NCBI RefSeq assembly: GCF_009914755.1
Contig: NC_060929.1
Origin: the human T2T-CHM13v2.0 reference genome, Homo sapiens
Length of the DNA stretch: 64,000 bases
Strand: one strand, 5' to 3'
Program-made: the position numbers and the translations under genes
Notes under the pieces: model-generated
Databases searched by the model: none
What the model was told of the DNA's origin: nothing
The model's input: the letters and a program-made list of their open reading frames with translations, nothing else
Part shown: piece after piece, positions 14,847-28,951 of the stretch
Layout of the letters: every line of letters begins with the position of its first letter
Numbering within the stretch: position 1 is the stretch's first letter

Positions 14847-15790
14847 GTATTATTTCTATATTAAATGTTTGTATATGAATGTTCTCGTTATTTGTCATTG
14901 TAATGTATATGACTATATATAGTAAATAATTGAGTTAATAGATGGAATAAAGCAATTATTATTATTATGTTTTGCTTAGTGCTTTAATTACCCTGCTAAA
15001 TTAGTAGCAAAATATCTTTGCTTTGATACTTGTAGGGTGATTAGTCCCTTTCTTGAATACTTAAAACAAGATTTAAGAGAGTGATTTATAAGTAGTCTAA
15101 CTCTGAATGCCCTAAGTTGTTCCTCAGGCATCATGTTGAAATAAGTTTATTCAGACTTCATTTTAGAGAAAGAGAAAGTTGAATGTGTATTTGCTTGTCT
15201 ACATTTTGGTATCCTTATTAAGGTTTTGAAATGCAAATTTGTGACTTGAAAGAGCCTAAATTCTAAACATGATGCTCTTTTTATTTGAAATGTTTGGTAT
15301 ATTTTTGGCTCCTAAGAGCAATTTGAGTTCTAGTTTGCATTTTTTTCTTTAAATTACTTGAGTTGCAGAATTTTTAAAAAACTCAAAATTACACAAAGCT
15401 AACTGAGCATAAGGAGATTTTTCTCAAGACTTTCTTCTTTCCTTATAAACGGTTTATTTCTGTTAGCAAACAGGTGGCCAGTGTTAGGGTACTTGGCAAT
15501 TTCTTAATATATTTTGACAAACAGGGTGTTTGTTCCATCTAAATGTAAACGTGCAGAAGAAAAGCAAATGGAAAGTCTATTTTTTAAGTTTTCCTTTGAG
15601 AATGTACAAGTAGTATATTTGAGAAATTAGATCTCACTATTGAAATGTATGAGAGTGAAGAAAATACAACCTCTTTTTTAAAATTTGTATGTGGGGGGGA
15701 GGGGGGGAGGAGGGGGGATCACTTTTGTGCCTAGTTAAACCTCCAGGCTTTTAACCGGTTTGTTTGCCCTTATTTGTCATTCAATTCCAG

Positions 15791-15904
15791 CTGCCTAGAG
15801 CAGTTAATACACAGGCTCTGAGTGGAGCAGGAATATTGAGGATGGTGAACAAGGCTGCCGACGCTGTCAACAAAATGACAATCAAGATGAATGAATCGGA
15901 TGCA
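15791..15904 (+). CDS. SNX2: SNX2 coding exon 9: [38 protein letters not shown] (PX-BAR linker / amphipathic helix)
   Basis: ttccag| acceptor, GCA|gtaaga donor, 114 nt, phase 0->0. Confidence 0.96.
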
Positions 15905-16155
15905 GTAAGAGCTGATTTTTCGGCTTGAATAATGAGATGAATTAATGAGCCCAACAATTGCATTTTAAAGCTGTACAAGTGGAAAATAGGATATTAATTT
16001 GCTTATTGAGTTTAGTTCTCAGCCACATCAGTTGGCCACCATGGTTATAAGGTTAATTTGTTGCTTTAAAACAAGGAATTTAGCTTGCTATTGGTAACCT
16101 AATTTACAATGGTTTGTTCTTCCTAAATTAGCTCCATTTTTCATTTTTTTCTTAG

Positions 16156-16249
16156 TGGTTTGAAGAAAAGCAGCAGCAATTTGAGAATCTGGATCAGCAA
16201 CTTAGGAAACTTCATGTCAGTGTTGAAGCCTTGGTCTGTCATAGAAAAG
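16156..16249 (+). CDS. SNX2: SNX2 coding exon 10: WFEEKQQQFENLDQQLRKLHVSVEALVCHRK(E), BAR domain
   Basis: ttttcttag| acceptor, AAG|gtttgt donor, 94 nt, phase 0->1. Confidence 0.95.
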
Positions 16250-17693
16250 GTTTGTTTGCCTTACTACTTACGTAGTTAGCACCATAAAACTAATGAAAAT
16301 ATTTTATTTAAATTTTATGAAAATAAATATTCTGAAGTTATTGCAGAAGAGAGAAAACAATCATTTAAGACAATGTTTTCTAGTTCAACTTTATTATGTA
16401 AATTTTTTTTGTTCTATTTTGCTTTACTATCTAGTTTAGAAGTAGAAAAATAACGAGCTTGGAAAATTATTTGTTAACTGGTACAGATGTGAGCTAAAAA
16501 AAAGAACAAAGAAAACTGTATTTGAATTTTGGATTAAAACTTGGTCACTTGATTAACTTTTTGTTAAGTATAGTTACAGTTAAATGGATGAAGAGGTCTT
16601 ATCAATTAGTAACTTTGATTATAATAAAAAAACTTGAGATTTGAAAATTGCTTTTTGAAAATTTTTTGGAAAGTATTTGTTTTGTGTGTCTATTTCCTGT
16701 AAAACCCTTTGAAGTATTTTCTTCATTTTTGAACTGCAATATTGAAAAATCTGGAGGTTTTGCTAAAAATTCATAGAAAATTTGAGTTGTAATATTTTAA
16801 TCCACAGTGAAATTATAGTTTTTTGGTTTTTTAAAGAATCCAACAATGTAAATATCAATTGTCTAAGACATTTAATAAGCAAATAATATGTAACATTACC
16901 AGCAATACATTTTATTAAAATAATTATAGAAACTTATTAATACATTTATTATTGAAAGTAGTTTGTAACAGCTTTTGCCATTTGAATTATATATATCTCT
17001 TAGGGAATGGGCTTTTTTGGAGAACTTTACATAATGTAGAGCAACGGAGCAGTTTCCACGCAGTGTAATTGTTAGTCATTGACAGTATTCAGCCTGTAAA
17101 CATCTACTTTTCTTTATTTGAAATATCTGAAATGATCACATTCTAAATCTTTTTAGAAATTCTAATATTTTACTGAGATTGTTGTACAACAAAGAAACTA
17201 ACAATAAAATTTATGTTAATTGTGTATATAATTTTACCTTTGCTCCTGTTAGCTAAATAATATTCTCATTAAAATTATAGACATTATTTTCAATGACAAA
17301 TGTTTAAAGGCCAGAAATGTGGTATAAATCAATTGTGAGTATTACCAGTTCTTCTCATATTAAAAATATATTTCATTTTTAGGAATGGGCAGAGAAACAG
17401 TGAACACTGTGGGAGAAAAAACAGGAGGCAGATTTTTATATTAAATGATTTAAACATAGTTCATCCCTTTGGAATATAAGCAGTGATTTGTCTGTGTTTT
17501 CAGTAGATCTCCGAGCACTTGGCATTTATGCCTGAGGCATTTTAACGACTAATTGTTTCATATTAATTAATTTAAAATATTATTTGAGCAACTTGTGCAT
17601 AAGTAAAATTTAGAGAAAAGTGGAAAAATCAATACAATATTTTAAAATTTTATGAGTGAACACTAAAATTGCATACTTTTTTTTAAATTTCAG

Positions 17694-17899
17694 AACTTTC
17701 AGCCAACACAGCTGCCTTTGCTAAAAGTGCTGCCATGTTAGGTAATTCTGAGGATCATACTGCTTTATCTAGAGCTTTGTCTCAGCTTGCAGAGGTTGAG
17801 GAGAAGATAGACCAGTTACATCAAGAACAAGCTTTTGCTGACTTTTATATGTTTTCAGAACTACTTAGTGACTACATTCGTCTTATTGCTGCAGTGAAA
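17694..17899 (+). CDS. SNX2: SNX2 coding exon 11: (E)[68 protein letters not shown]
   Basis: tttcag| acceptor, AAA|gtaagc donor, 206 nt; overlaps ORF 17735..17944. Confidence 0.97.
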
Positions 17900-19131
17900 G
17901 TAAGCCCTTTCTTGCATGCTTCTCACTTGTGTCGTGTACTTTAAAAAGTATTTTGTTTCCTATTAATTATGTATTTACATGTCTAAATTCCTCCTATACT
18001 AGCATGAATAAAATGGCTTCAAGATAAGTATACATAACTTAATACTTTCTTCCCTATGACTTGCACAGTACAATAGATAGAATTAATGTTTTTAACAGGT
18101 CTAAGGAATGACAGATAAGATAGAAAACATTTATACATTTACTTATGTATTTGCTTATACAAGTTTGGAACTAACTAATAGCATTTGTTTGCTCGTTCTA
18201 GCACTAACTGAAACTACTCACCGGACTCTATTATCATTAGTAAAGCTGACTGTGTAATAAATAGGATAAAACCAGAAACGATTATTGCAGTGAATATGTT
18301 TAATGGGGGCTTTATCATAAATTTGGATGTAATCAGACTTTGTATCCTCAAATATGTAGTCACCATGTGTTTATAGATGAGATGGGACTAGATTAGATCA
18401 TAAATTGTGTTATTGAATGGTAATACTTATATAATAGTCCAATTTCTGAATAGTTGAGAAAGTAATCCAGTTAGTAAAAATTAGTATTCTGCAGATATCT
18501 GCAGTTTTCAGACAGTTAAACTGAACTGAACGTTACCCAGTGTATCATGTTTCAGAAGATACTTTAAGATCTTTGAATTTTTGTTATGGATATTAGTTAT
18601 CATGGGGTTTGAGGGGTACTGGGTATTTACTTTTTACCTTGAATTTAAACATCTAGAAAGTTAATGAGATCTTGTTTCTTTCTTATGCAAAATTTTTTCA
18701 GCTAAAGTCTGTGATCAAGTTAATACTCATCTACAATGAGCATATTTATTGATGGTTCTGTTCTTAAGCAACTGGTGACATTTATTACTAGAGCATTCTT
18801 AGCACTTCAGAATGGTGCTTTCTTTTATTTGGTAAAATTACCAATTTTACTTGTATTTTACCGTTTTAAATGTTCCTAATGCTGTTGGTGATTAATTTCT
18901 CAGTATTTAGAAATGTTAATATACATAGCAATTGTCAGAGTATATATACTTCATTATATATAGGCAGCTTGTGATGTACAGAGATCCAGTTTACAGATTT
19001 GTCCCACCTACTCTCACTTCTTACCAGAGCACCCAATAGCATGAGACCTGTTGTAAAAAAGTGTGACACTTCCAACAAACCCGTGGGTCAAAAAAGGGGA
19101 GTTGGGCAGTGTCTGTAAGAATACATATCTG

Positions 19132-19445
<314 letters not shown>

Positions 19446-20331
19446 CTAACCTGGAAAAAGACCCCCTGGCAGTGATGGCCTGCCTGTGTAATGGATATTG
19501 ATCCCTCAAAAATAGCTTTCCTCATACCCTAAGTCTTTTTGCTGTGTTACTGTATTTCCTGAAATTACAGTTATATTCATGTTTTCCAAAATATTTTCTA
19601 TAGAACACTGGCACCAAAAGATGGATTACAGTTAGCTAAGTTTGGGAAGTTATGTATATAGTATCCCTGTTTGCGAGATTCAGAATGCCTTTTAAAAGCT
19701 CAGAACTGGTTAGGAGTGAAAAAGAAAACAAATTTTAATCCAGAGGCTTCTAAATTCATTTGAACAAGAATTATTTTCCACCAAATATCTATTTACATAT
19801 ATGGAACACATTTGTGGAAATACTGAATTAATGATTCATTGACTAAAAGAGTTAAAGAGCTGTGGTGAAGTTGCCTTCAGGTAAATTAAGCTCTTTAAGA
19901 TTAGTTTCTACTGAAACCTAGCCCAGATCAACTACACAAAGGAATTAAGATATTATGGAAGGAGGTGACAGGTAATTTTTATGGTTTTTGTTTTTGTCCT
20001 ATTCTTTATTTTAAACTAATTCACTTGTATTTGAAAAAATAATGCACATACATGATAGTTCTAATAGCTCAGCAAGGTAAATTTGCCTGCAGAACTAAGA
20101 CCTGTAGTCTCTGACCTCAGTCATAAACTATTAGGTTCTTGTGTGTCTTTACAGAATTAGCTATGCATGTACATGAAGCTAATTCTCCCTCTGTCCATTT
20201 ATTCCTTCCATCCCCTTCTCTCCCTCCCTTCCTTTCTCAAAAAGGAATATACTGTGTGTAGTGATCTTTGTCTGCTTTTTACACCCACTCCACTTAATAG
20301 GGCGGTCTCCCTATCAACATAAGTAGATGTC

Positions 20332-20630
20332 TTTTTTTTTTTTTTTTCGCAGACGGAGACTCGCTCTGTCGCCCAGGCTGGAGTGCAGTGGCGTGATTTC
20401 GGCTCATTGCAGGCTCCGCCTCCGGGTTCATGCCATTCTCCTGCCTCAGCCTTCCGAGTAGCTGGGACTACAGGCGCCCACCATCATGCCTGGCTAATTT
20501 TTTTGTATTTTTAGTAGAGACGAGGTTTCACCGTGTTAGCCAGGATGGTCTTGATCTCCTGACCTCATGATCCGCCTGCCTCAGCCTCCCAAAGTGCTGG
20601 GATTACAGGCGTGAGCCATTGCGCCTGGCC
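20332..20630 (-). mobile_element. AluY-like
   Basis: TSD gtagatgtcttttt; Y diagnostic positions. Confidence 0.95.
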
Positions 20631-20955
20631 GGTAGATGTCTTTTTAATGGTTGTATAGCATTCCATCATATAACATTTAGATATACCTTGAATTATAGTC
20701 TAGTCTTTTAAAAAATCAAGTGTTTTGATAACTCTTTGGACATAAAGATTCTATAAGTAGAATTGCTGACCAGAGGGTATATGCATTTTAAATTTCAATA
20801 AGTATTGCCAAATTACTGTTCAAAAAGATTTTACTTTGTACCCTAACCTACCTAAACCTACATGTTTCTTTTTACTAGCACCCAAGAATGAAGGTTTTTT
20901 GTTTTGTAAGTTGCCATTTACTTAGTGTGAATCAAGACATCTTTACAAATGATAA

Positions 20956-21258
<303 letters not shown>

Positions 21259-22654
21259 CTACATTTCTTTTTCTGTGAATGAACTCTTCATGTCCTTTGC
21301 CCAGTTTTTGTTTGGTTATTATCTATTTCGAATAGGTGCTTAATATTAATTAACCTTTGGTTTTATCCATATCGAGCGTACTTTTCTGATGATAGTTCTT
21401 CAAATTAGGAATACTTTGGGGATTAATATAGAGCCATTGTTAGGATCAAAAAACATCAGGAATTGGAACACTAAAGAAAAAGCTACATTTTACCCATTTC
21501 AAAATATTGCCTAAGCCTGGCGTTGTGTCAGGAAACGCCTGTTTTCCTCTTTTGTATAGTACATGGTCTCTGCAATTTAGAACTATAAGAGTTGGCTGTA
21601 TCCTTACAAGCATTGTCATGTATTGGGCTTCTTTGAACCACTAGAGTAGGGTCAGAGATTGAGGGCAATGGTTCTTAATGTTTTTAGCACTAGAACTCTT
21701 CATAAATAATTTTTGTAGGGGATCCCAATTTATAAAACATACTAAAAAAATGTATTTAACTAAAAGATGGATTCCCCAAGGGGTTTAAACGCTTTATTCT
21801 TTGGCTATAAATACTCAGCACCTCTTCAGAACTCCATGAAGCTGGGCAGCATATTTTCAGATTAACTGAATTACAATATGATAATAATTAAAATTGTAGC
21901 ATCAAATTTCCTGATGGGCCAAAAAAACTGTTAGACATCTGCAATCTTGTCTAACTGAGAGCAGCTTGCATACAAATGTATGCCATAAATTAGCAGAGTA
22001 ATGGAGGTCCTAAATGGATGATCCGTGTAAACTTATCCCTCTTATAATGAATGGTTCTACTAGAGTGGATTAGTATCTTGACATACAAAGGGACACATTG
22101 TTACGATTTAATTGATTTAATATAGCATTGTTAGAAGTTTGACTGGTGCTGGTTCTTTTTTATTTTCTGTTATTTTGTTACAAAGGAAAGAAAACAAACG
22201 AAGAAAAAGTTAATTTGTATATTTAAGATTAATTTTTTTTCCTGAAATAACCTGACTTTAGTAGTCTTACCTTTATCATAGCTCCTACATCTGTACCACA
22301 ATAAACATGTCCTGGTTCTAGAATACTATGAGATAATAAATTGGACAGGGACCAAATTAGTTTAGATTTAGCATATCAATGGAAAAGCCGGTTGATGTAT
22401 ACATTGAGAACTTAAGCAAATATTGAATTAAAGGGCATGTTCATTAGCTTTTTCCCTGTATTGGTACATATTTTAAGGAATCAAATTTTTACTGAACAGA
22501 GGAATTTATAAATGAAGAAAAGATATGGCCCTGTTCCCCTAAAGCAAGACTAGGTCTAAAATCTTACATTACTTTTTGGTGGTCGTGTGTATGTGGGTGT
22601 GTGTGTGTGTGTCGGAAGTGAGAGGGATTGTCTTAAGCTTTCCAACATGTGGTC

Positions 22655-22687
<33 letters not shown>

Positions 22688-22711
22688 GGAAGTGAGAGGG
22701 ATTGTTTGTGT

Positions 22712-23224
<513 letters not shown>

Positions 23225-24916
23225 TTTTAAATGATAGTGACTTTTTCTGAATCTATTTGTGTTAGATATGTTACTTTTGGATTTTAATAAGAGATGTTTT
23301 AGGAAAAACGTGGTATTTTAAATATAAGAAAAGCAGACAAAGGAGACAGTAAGATTCACTTAATAATGTAAGAAAAATTATCTGAGAAGACAAATTAAAT
23401 ATAGCAAAGTGGATTTAAATACCCATAGATAAGGTGCTTTGACTGCCAGTTTGCCCTGGATATCTTTTGTCCTGGTTAATTTAAAATGTTCACGATCCTT
23501 AAGAATTCCTTTGGAAAAATGCTTTGGTTTCTGGTTGATTGGATTTTTTAATGCTATTATCACATTTTTAAAAATTGCCATATGATATAAATGCTTTTTA
23601 GTTATACATTTTTTCCATAATACTAACCTATCCTTTGCACTTTGGTATAGAAAGCTTAACAGTTAACTACATTTACATGTGTATGTTATTTAGAAGTAAT
23701 CCATAATGGCTGTACCTACTGATTATTAAGCATCCACTAGGTTAAGTCACTATGCAATAATATACTCCTTATGTTATTTCTAATCCATAAATGTAGACAT
23801 CACTTCCCACCTTTCGTATTTGGGATCATTACAGCTTGGAGAAGTTCAGTGAATTTACCCATGGTCATACGGTGACAAAACTAATATTAGAACCAAATTT
23901 GATTTTCTCCAAAGCCTGCTTTTTAAAAATATACTACCTACATATTTTTCTCTTCAGATCCCTATAGGAACATGTATTTTTACTGCTTCATGGTTCAAAA
24001 AGTTTTTTATTTGGAATAAATTAAAATAACTCGGGTTTAGTGCTTCCTGGTTCACCCAATTTATTAACATTTACTTCATGAATGTTTGATTAGTAATTAC
24101 TAAAATAATTTTAATATTTCTCTAACATCAAGCCAGAAAGAGGATTCTTAGTGGGTTCTCCCATCCTATCCATCATTTTTTTCATGAGACTTCTAATTAC
24201 ACTAATTTGTCCATATTTCATTTCTTTTCTCTATTCACTTGCCCTTGCTCTGCCAGACTCCTTGAGAGAAGTCATGGATTTGGTTGACTTATTGTATTAG
24301 GATCTTTTTGTCTATTTCTTTAGTTCTGCAGTGTATATATAAAAAATATATATAGTCCTCTTCATCTTTTGCCCTTTTCATCTTAAGACTGTCTTTTTAT
24401 TCATTTTGTTATATTTTACGTTTTGATTGCTTTGCCTTTTTTTATTTGCTATGGTAATTTCTTCTACCACATATCTTATGAGTTTTTCCCATTTTGTCTT
24501 TTCAATTTCAGACATGTTTCTAATACTTAATATGCTTCTAATATTATTTAGCGGGAAAATTTCCAGTGTAGGTATGACACTAGCATTTTCCTATTAAAGA
24601 CATCTTCAAAGCATAAAACGCTGTTATAAATCTTATAAACCATATTTAAAGCCCTAAAGGCTAGTGATGAAATGGGTTTTGAATGTAGTTTTTATTCTGA
24701 ACATGTTTCATCCAGTGACAGGGTTTTTTTGTTTTAAGCAAATGAATATGGAGATTATTTTCTTTGATATTGGCATACTTACTTTCAGTATCTTAGTATA
24801 TTAGAATAGCACTTAAATACTTGGTTTTATTGTTTTCAGTATTATAACACTTCTAGTGTTAAGAAAGTATTTTAAATGTTACTCTTACTTAATAGCATTA
24901 TGTCATTCACTTATAG

Positions 24917-25060
24917 GGTGTGTTTGACCATCGAATGAAGTGCTGGCAGAAATGGGAAGATGCTCAAATTACTTTGCTCAAAAAACGTGAAGCTGAAGCA
25001 AAAATGATGGTTGCTAACAAACCAGATAAAATACAGCAAGCTAAAAATGAAATAAGAGAG
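24917..25060 (+). CDS. SNX2: SNX2 coding exon 12: [48 protein letters not shown]
   Basis: cacttatag| acceptor, GAG|gtgatt donor, 144 nt, phase 0->0. Confidence 0.96.
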
Positions 25061-26246
25061 GTGATTACTAAATGCTTTAATCTCTTTACTTAAGTTTTGC
25101 ATGAGTCATTCATATATACATAATTTTTCATAATTTTTTTGTAAACCATTCAACACGTAGCTATTTTTGCATATTTTTATGAACTGTGTTAGAATTACTT
25201 TAACATTTTGATCATTATTATTAAAATCTCCAGAGCCCTTCATTACTTATGGAATGGATAAAGAAGCATACAAGGAAAACAGCTAAAATTAACCTTTACA
25301 TTAATAATTACACATTTTTATTAGATGGTTAATTTTATTTCAGATTATTATTTTGTGTCTAAAAATGGTTTTAGAGCTAGATCTCTCCCACATTTAGCTG
25401 TCCAGGCAACATTATCCCCCATATATATGTATTATATATGGTATTTTAGTGAATTTGTATAAGTTTATTATAATTTATACACTTTTCTTACCATGCTTCA
25501 ATAAGGAAATTGAAGAGGTAGGACAACCTTTATGTTACTAAAAATAAATGTACCTGCCCTTTGAAGAGTATGTACCAGTGTTTTGGTTACATAGTGGGAA
25601 AAATATCATTTCATTGCTTAAATCTTCAGTTATTTTAGTTGTTTCATTGTTCACTAATCACAACATTTTGTTGTTTCTGTACTGAATTTAATATTTATTG
25701 ATGGTCTTCAGTAGACCATAATTCCACATTTTTTTCCAATCTGGTCATTTTACCATTACAAAAATATTTTTAAAATGTTTATCATGTAATTTTCCTAATT
25801 TAAAATATTTCCATCAGCATATAAATTTTGAAGAACACATATCCTTGGATTTAACAGTATTGATATATTCTGAAATAATTATTGATATAAAAAAGTAATT
25901 AAGAAAATTACACTATAGCACTGATAATTTATTTTGTGGTGAATTTTATGCCCAAAATCTTTCCTCTTAGTTATATTTAATTAAGCTTTGGACATTGTAG
26001 TTTATTAAGTACAGTATTGAAATATCTTAATATTGAGCAAATCTGTGGAATATTAAAGGAAATTAAGCTAACATGCATTTCTATTGGTTGACAGTTAAAT
26101 GCAATTTCTGTTGATGCTAAATTGTGCATTGCCAATATTGAGCTTTCTCAGGATTTTCAGGCATTGTGATTAAATTAAGTGAGTGGTCTTGACAGTACTA
26201 TACTTTTTTTTGAGATAAGCATAAAATATTTCTTTGTTTTTATTAG

Positions 26247-26327
26247 TGGGAGGCGAAAGTGCAACAAGGGGAAAGAGATTTTGAACAGATATCTAAAACG
26301 ATTCGAAAAGAAGTGGGAAGATTTGAG
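26247..26327 (+). CDS. SNX2: SNX2 coding exon 13: WEAKVQQGERDFEQISKTIRKEVGRFE (non-canonical GC donor)
   Basis: tttattag| acceptor; continuity to KERVKDF requires the GAG|gcatgt donor; 81 nt, phase 0->0. Confidence 0.92.
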
Positions 26328-26442
26328 GCATGTATAATAATTTTGCATTTATCTTAACAACATGGTCACATTTTGCTGCAATTTTGTGGTAAAGTTGAAT
26401 TTAGCTTTCTACTAACGGACTTTTTAAAATGTACTTCAACAG

Positions 26443-26514
26443 AAAGAACGAGTGAAGGATTTTAAAACCGTTATCATCAAGTACTTAGAATCACTAGTTC
26501 AAACACAACAACAG
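26443..26514 (+). CDS. SNX2: SNX2 coding exon 14: KERVKDFKTVIIKYLESLVQTQQQ
   Basis: cttcaacag| acceptor, CAG|gtaagc donor, 72 nt, phase 0->0. Confidence 0.95.
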
Positions 26515-27703
26515 GTAAGCCATTTTTGTTTATAACTTAAACTTCTAGAATTTGTTTTTGGTATACTTTCTTATTTTAAAAAGATGATTAATGAACTGGG
26601 CATTTAAACTCAAGAATAAGAAATGGAAGACAGAAAGCCAGTGATGGTAAAGGATAAAAGGGTAAACTAATCGGAAACTATCTCACGTGTTTTTTTTTTT
26701 TTGCCTCTGCTTAACACTAAGGCAGAGATAGACTTTTCCCAGTTTTAGGCCATCAGAAACCTCATGGGCAACTTTCCCCTTTCACTGTCTTTCTAGTTTG
26801 TTTTCCTTGTTGGTCAGACCTGTTTGAGTAAATTCTCATAGTAAGTTCTTCTCTTCCATAACAAATAGAACTTAAGCTAAACACTTTTTCAGAATTAAAA
26901 AAAAAAACTGTACTGTTTTCATTTTTGCTTTATTTTGTTTGGGGTTGGTGGTGGTTGAATGCTGCAAGTGGCATTTATCTCATTTACCATGGATTTTAAT
27001 GGTATATTAAATAAAAAGATAATCACAGAAAATTTTCCTGTATATTTTAATGTAAATTAGAGTAACAGGTCAAGTAATTTAATATCTTGAAGGATTTCTT
27101 CCTTCCAGTTTTAAAATATGTGGATCTAGAATGTCATTTGTGTAAAACATAATAGGTTGTTTTTGAATTAAGTGGTATGATGTCTTCAAATTGTGTTTAA
27201 TTTTTATTTAAACAGCTCATAAAGTTAAATTTTTTTAAATATGAAAATAAGTCATATAAGCTTGTTTTTAAAGGAATTGTTTTAAACATGACTTCAGTTG
27301 ATATTTCAGTCTGTTCTCTGGACTATTCAAGGAAGACTGACAGCTAATTCTATCCAGTCCTTTTTTTTTTCTTGTTCAGTATTTTCTTTTCTTCCTCCTT
27401 ATATCCCATTTTTTTTTGTCTAGCAATAACATAAACTGTCAATATGCTCTGAATTGGGAAATCCTGTCACTTTATGCTGGAAAAGGTCATTGTAGTTGTA
27501 TTATTTGCTTTAATATATGGTAACACTGTTCTGTGTAAAATTTTGCATAAAACAAAAAATTGTACATTAAAAGAACTCCATTATTTTACATCAAAAACTA
27601 AAAGTAGCCAGGAGTAATTAATGTTTTAAATAATTTATATATGAAATATATTGACGGACTTCAGATAAGGAAATTAAAATGATTCCTTTAAGAACCAGAC
27701 ATT

Positions 27704-28005
27704 GGCCGGGCGCAGCGGCTCATGCCTGTAATCTCAGCACATTGGGAGGCCGAGGCGGGTGGATCACCTGAGGTCAGGAGTTTGAGACCAGCCTGGCTAA
27801 CATGGAGAAACCCCATCTCTACTAAAAATACAAAAAAATTAGCTGGGCGTGGTGGCGCACCTGTAATCCCAGCTACTCAGGAGGCTGAGGCAGGGAATCG
27901 CTTGAACTGGGAGGTGGAGGTTGCAGTGAGCCGAGGTCATGCCATTGCACTCCGGTCTGGGCAATAAGAGTGAAACTCCACCTCAAGAAAACAAAACAAA
28001 AAAAA
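27704..28005 (+). mobile_element. Alu in last SNX2 intron
   Basis: TSD-like accagacatt/cccagacgtt. Confidence 0.95.
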
Positions 28006-28037
28006 CCCAGACGTTAGTAAATATTAGTCATTGTTAG

Positions 28038-28366
<329 letters not shown>

Positions 28367-28460
28367 TTATGTAGATGTTTTTTTAATGCTGTACAGGATA
28401 TATGCATATAAATGACAAAAAGGTAATGAGAATAACTTATATTTTAATTATCATTCACAG

Positions 28461-28511
28461 CTGATAAAATACTGGGAAGCATTCCTACCTGAAGCCAAAG
28501 CCATTGCCTAG
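28461..28511 (+). CDS. SNX2: SNX2 terminal coding exon 15: LIKYWEAFLPEAKAIA*
   Basis: tcattcacag| acceptor, TAG at 28509..28511; C-terminus typical of SNX1/SNX2. Confidence 0.96.
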   Translation: MIKYWEAFLPEAKAIA

Positions 28512-28633
28512 CAATAAGATTGTTGCCGTTAAGAAGACCTTGGATGTTGTTCCAGTTATGCTGGATTCCACAGTGAAATCATTTAAAACCATCTAAATAA
28601 ACCACTATATATTTTATGAATTACATGTGGTTT

Positions 28634-28638
<5 letters not shown>

Positions 28639-28672
<34 letters not shown>
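28639..28672 (+). repeat. (AC)17 microsatellite in the SNX2 3'UTR
   Basis: Pure run about 130 nt after the stop codon. Confidence 0.95.
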
Positions 28673-28676
<4 letters not shown>

Positions 28677-28945
28677 ACATTTTATTACAAGCTGCATGTC
28701 CTGACCCTCTTTGAATTAAGTGGACTGTGGCATGACATTCTGCAATACTTTGCTGAATTGAACACTATTGTGTCTTAAATACTTGCACTAAATAGTGCAC
28801 TGCAAGACCAGAAAATTTTACAATATTTTTTCTTTACAATATGTTCTGTAGTATGTTTACCCTCTTTATGAAGTGAATTACCAATGCTTTGAATAATGTT
28901 CACTTATACATTCCTGTACAGAAATTACGATTTTGTGATTACAGT

Positions 28946-28951
28946 AATAAA
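28946..28951 (+). terminator. SNX2: Proximal polyadenylation signal of SNX2
   Basis: AATAAA about 435 nt after the stop, with upstream TGTA motifs and U-rich downstream sequence; another AATAAA at 28596..28601. Confidence 0.7.

Noticed and set aside
15781-15978. Hydrophobic antisense ORF over exon 9 (likewise 24911..25102 over exon 12)
   Set aside because: Shadow ORFs on the opposite strand of real exons
26328-26442. Possible U12-type intron
   Set aside because: Lacks the RTATCCTT 5' site and TCCTTAAC branch motif; fits a U2-type GC-AG intron
28510-28517. miR-137 8mer AGCAATAA
   Set aside because: Overlaps the stop codon, within the ribosome shadow where sites are usually ineffective
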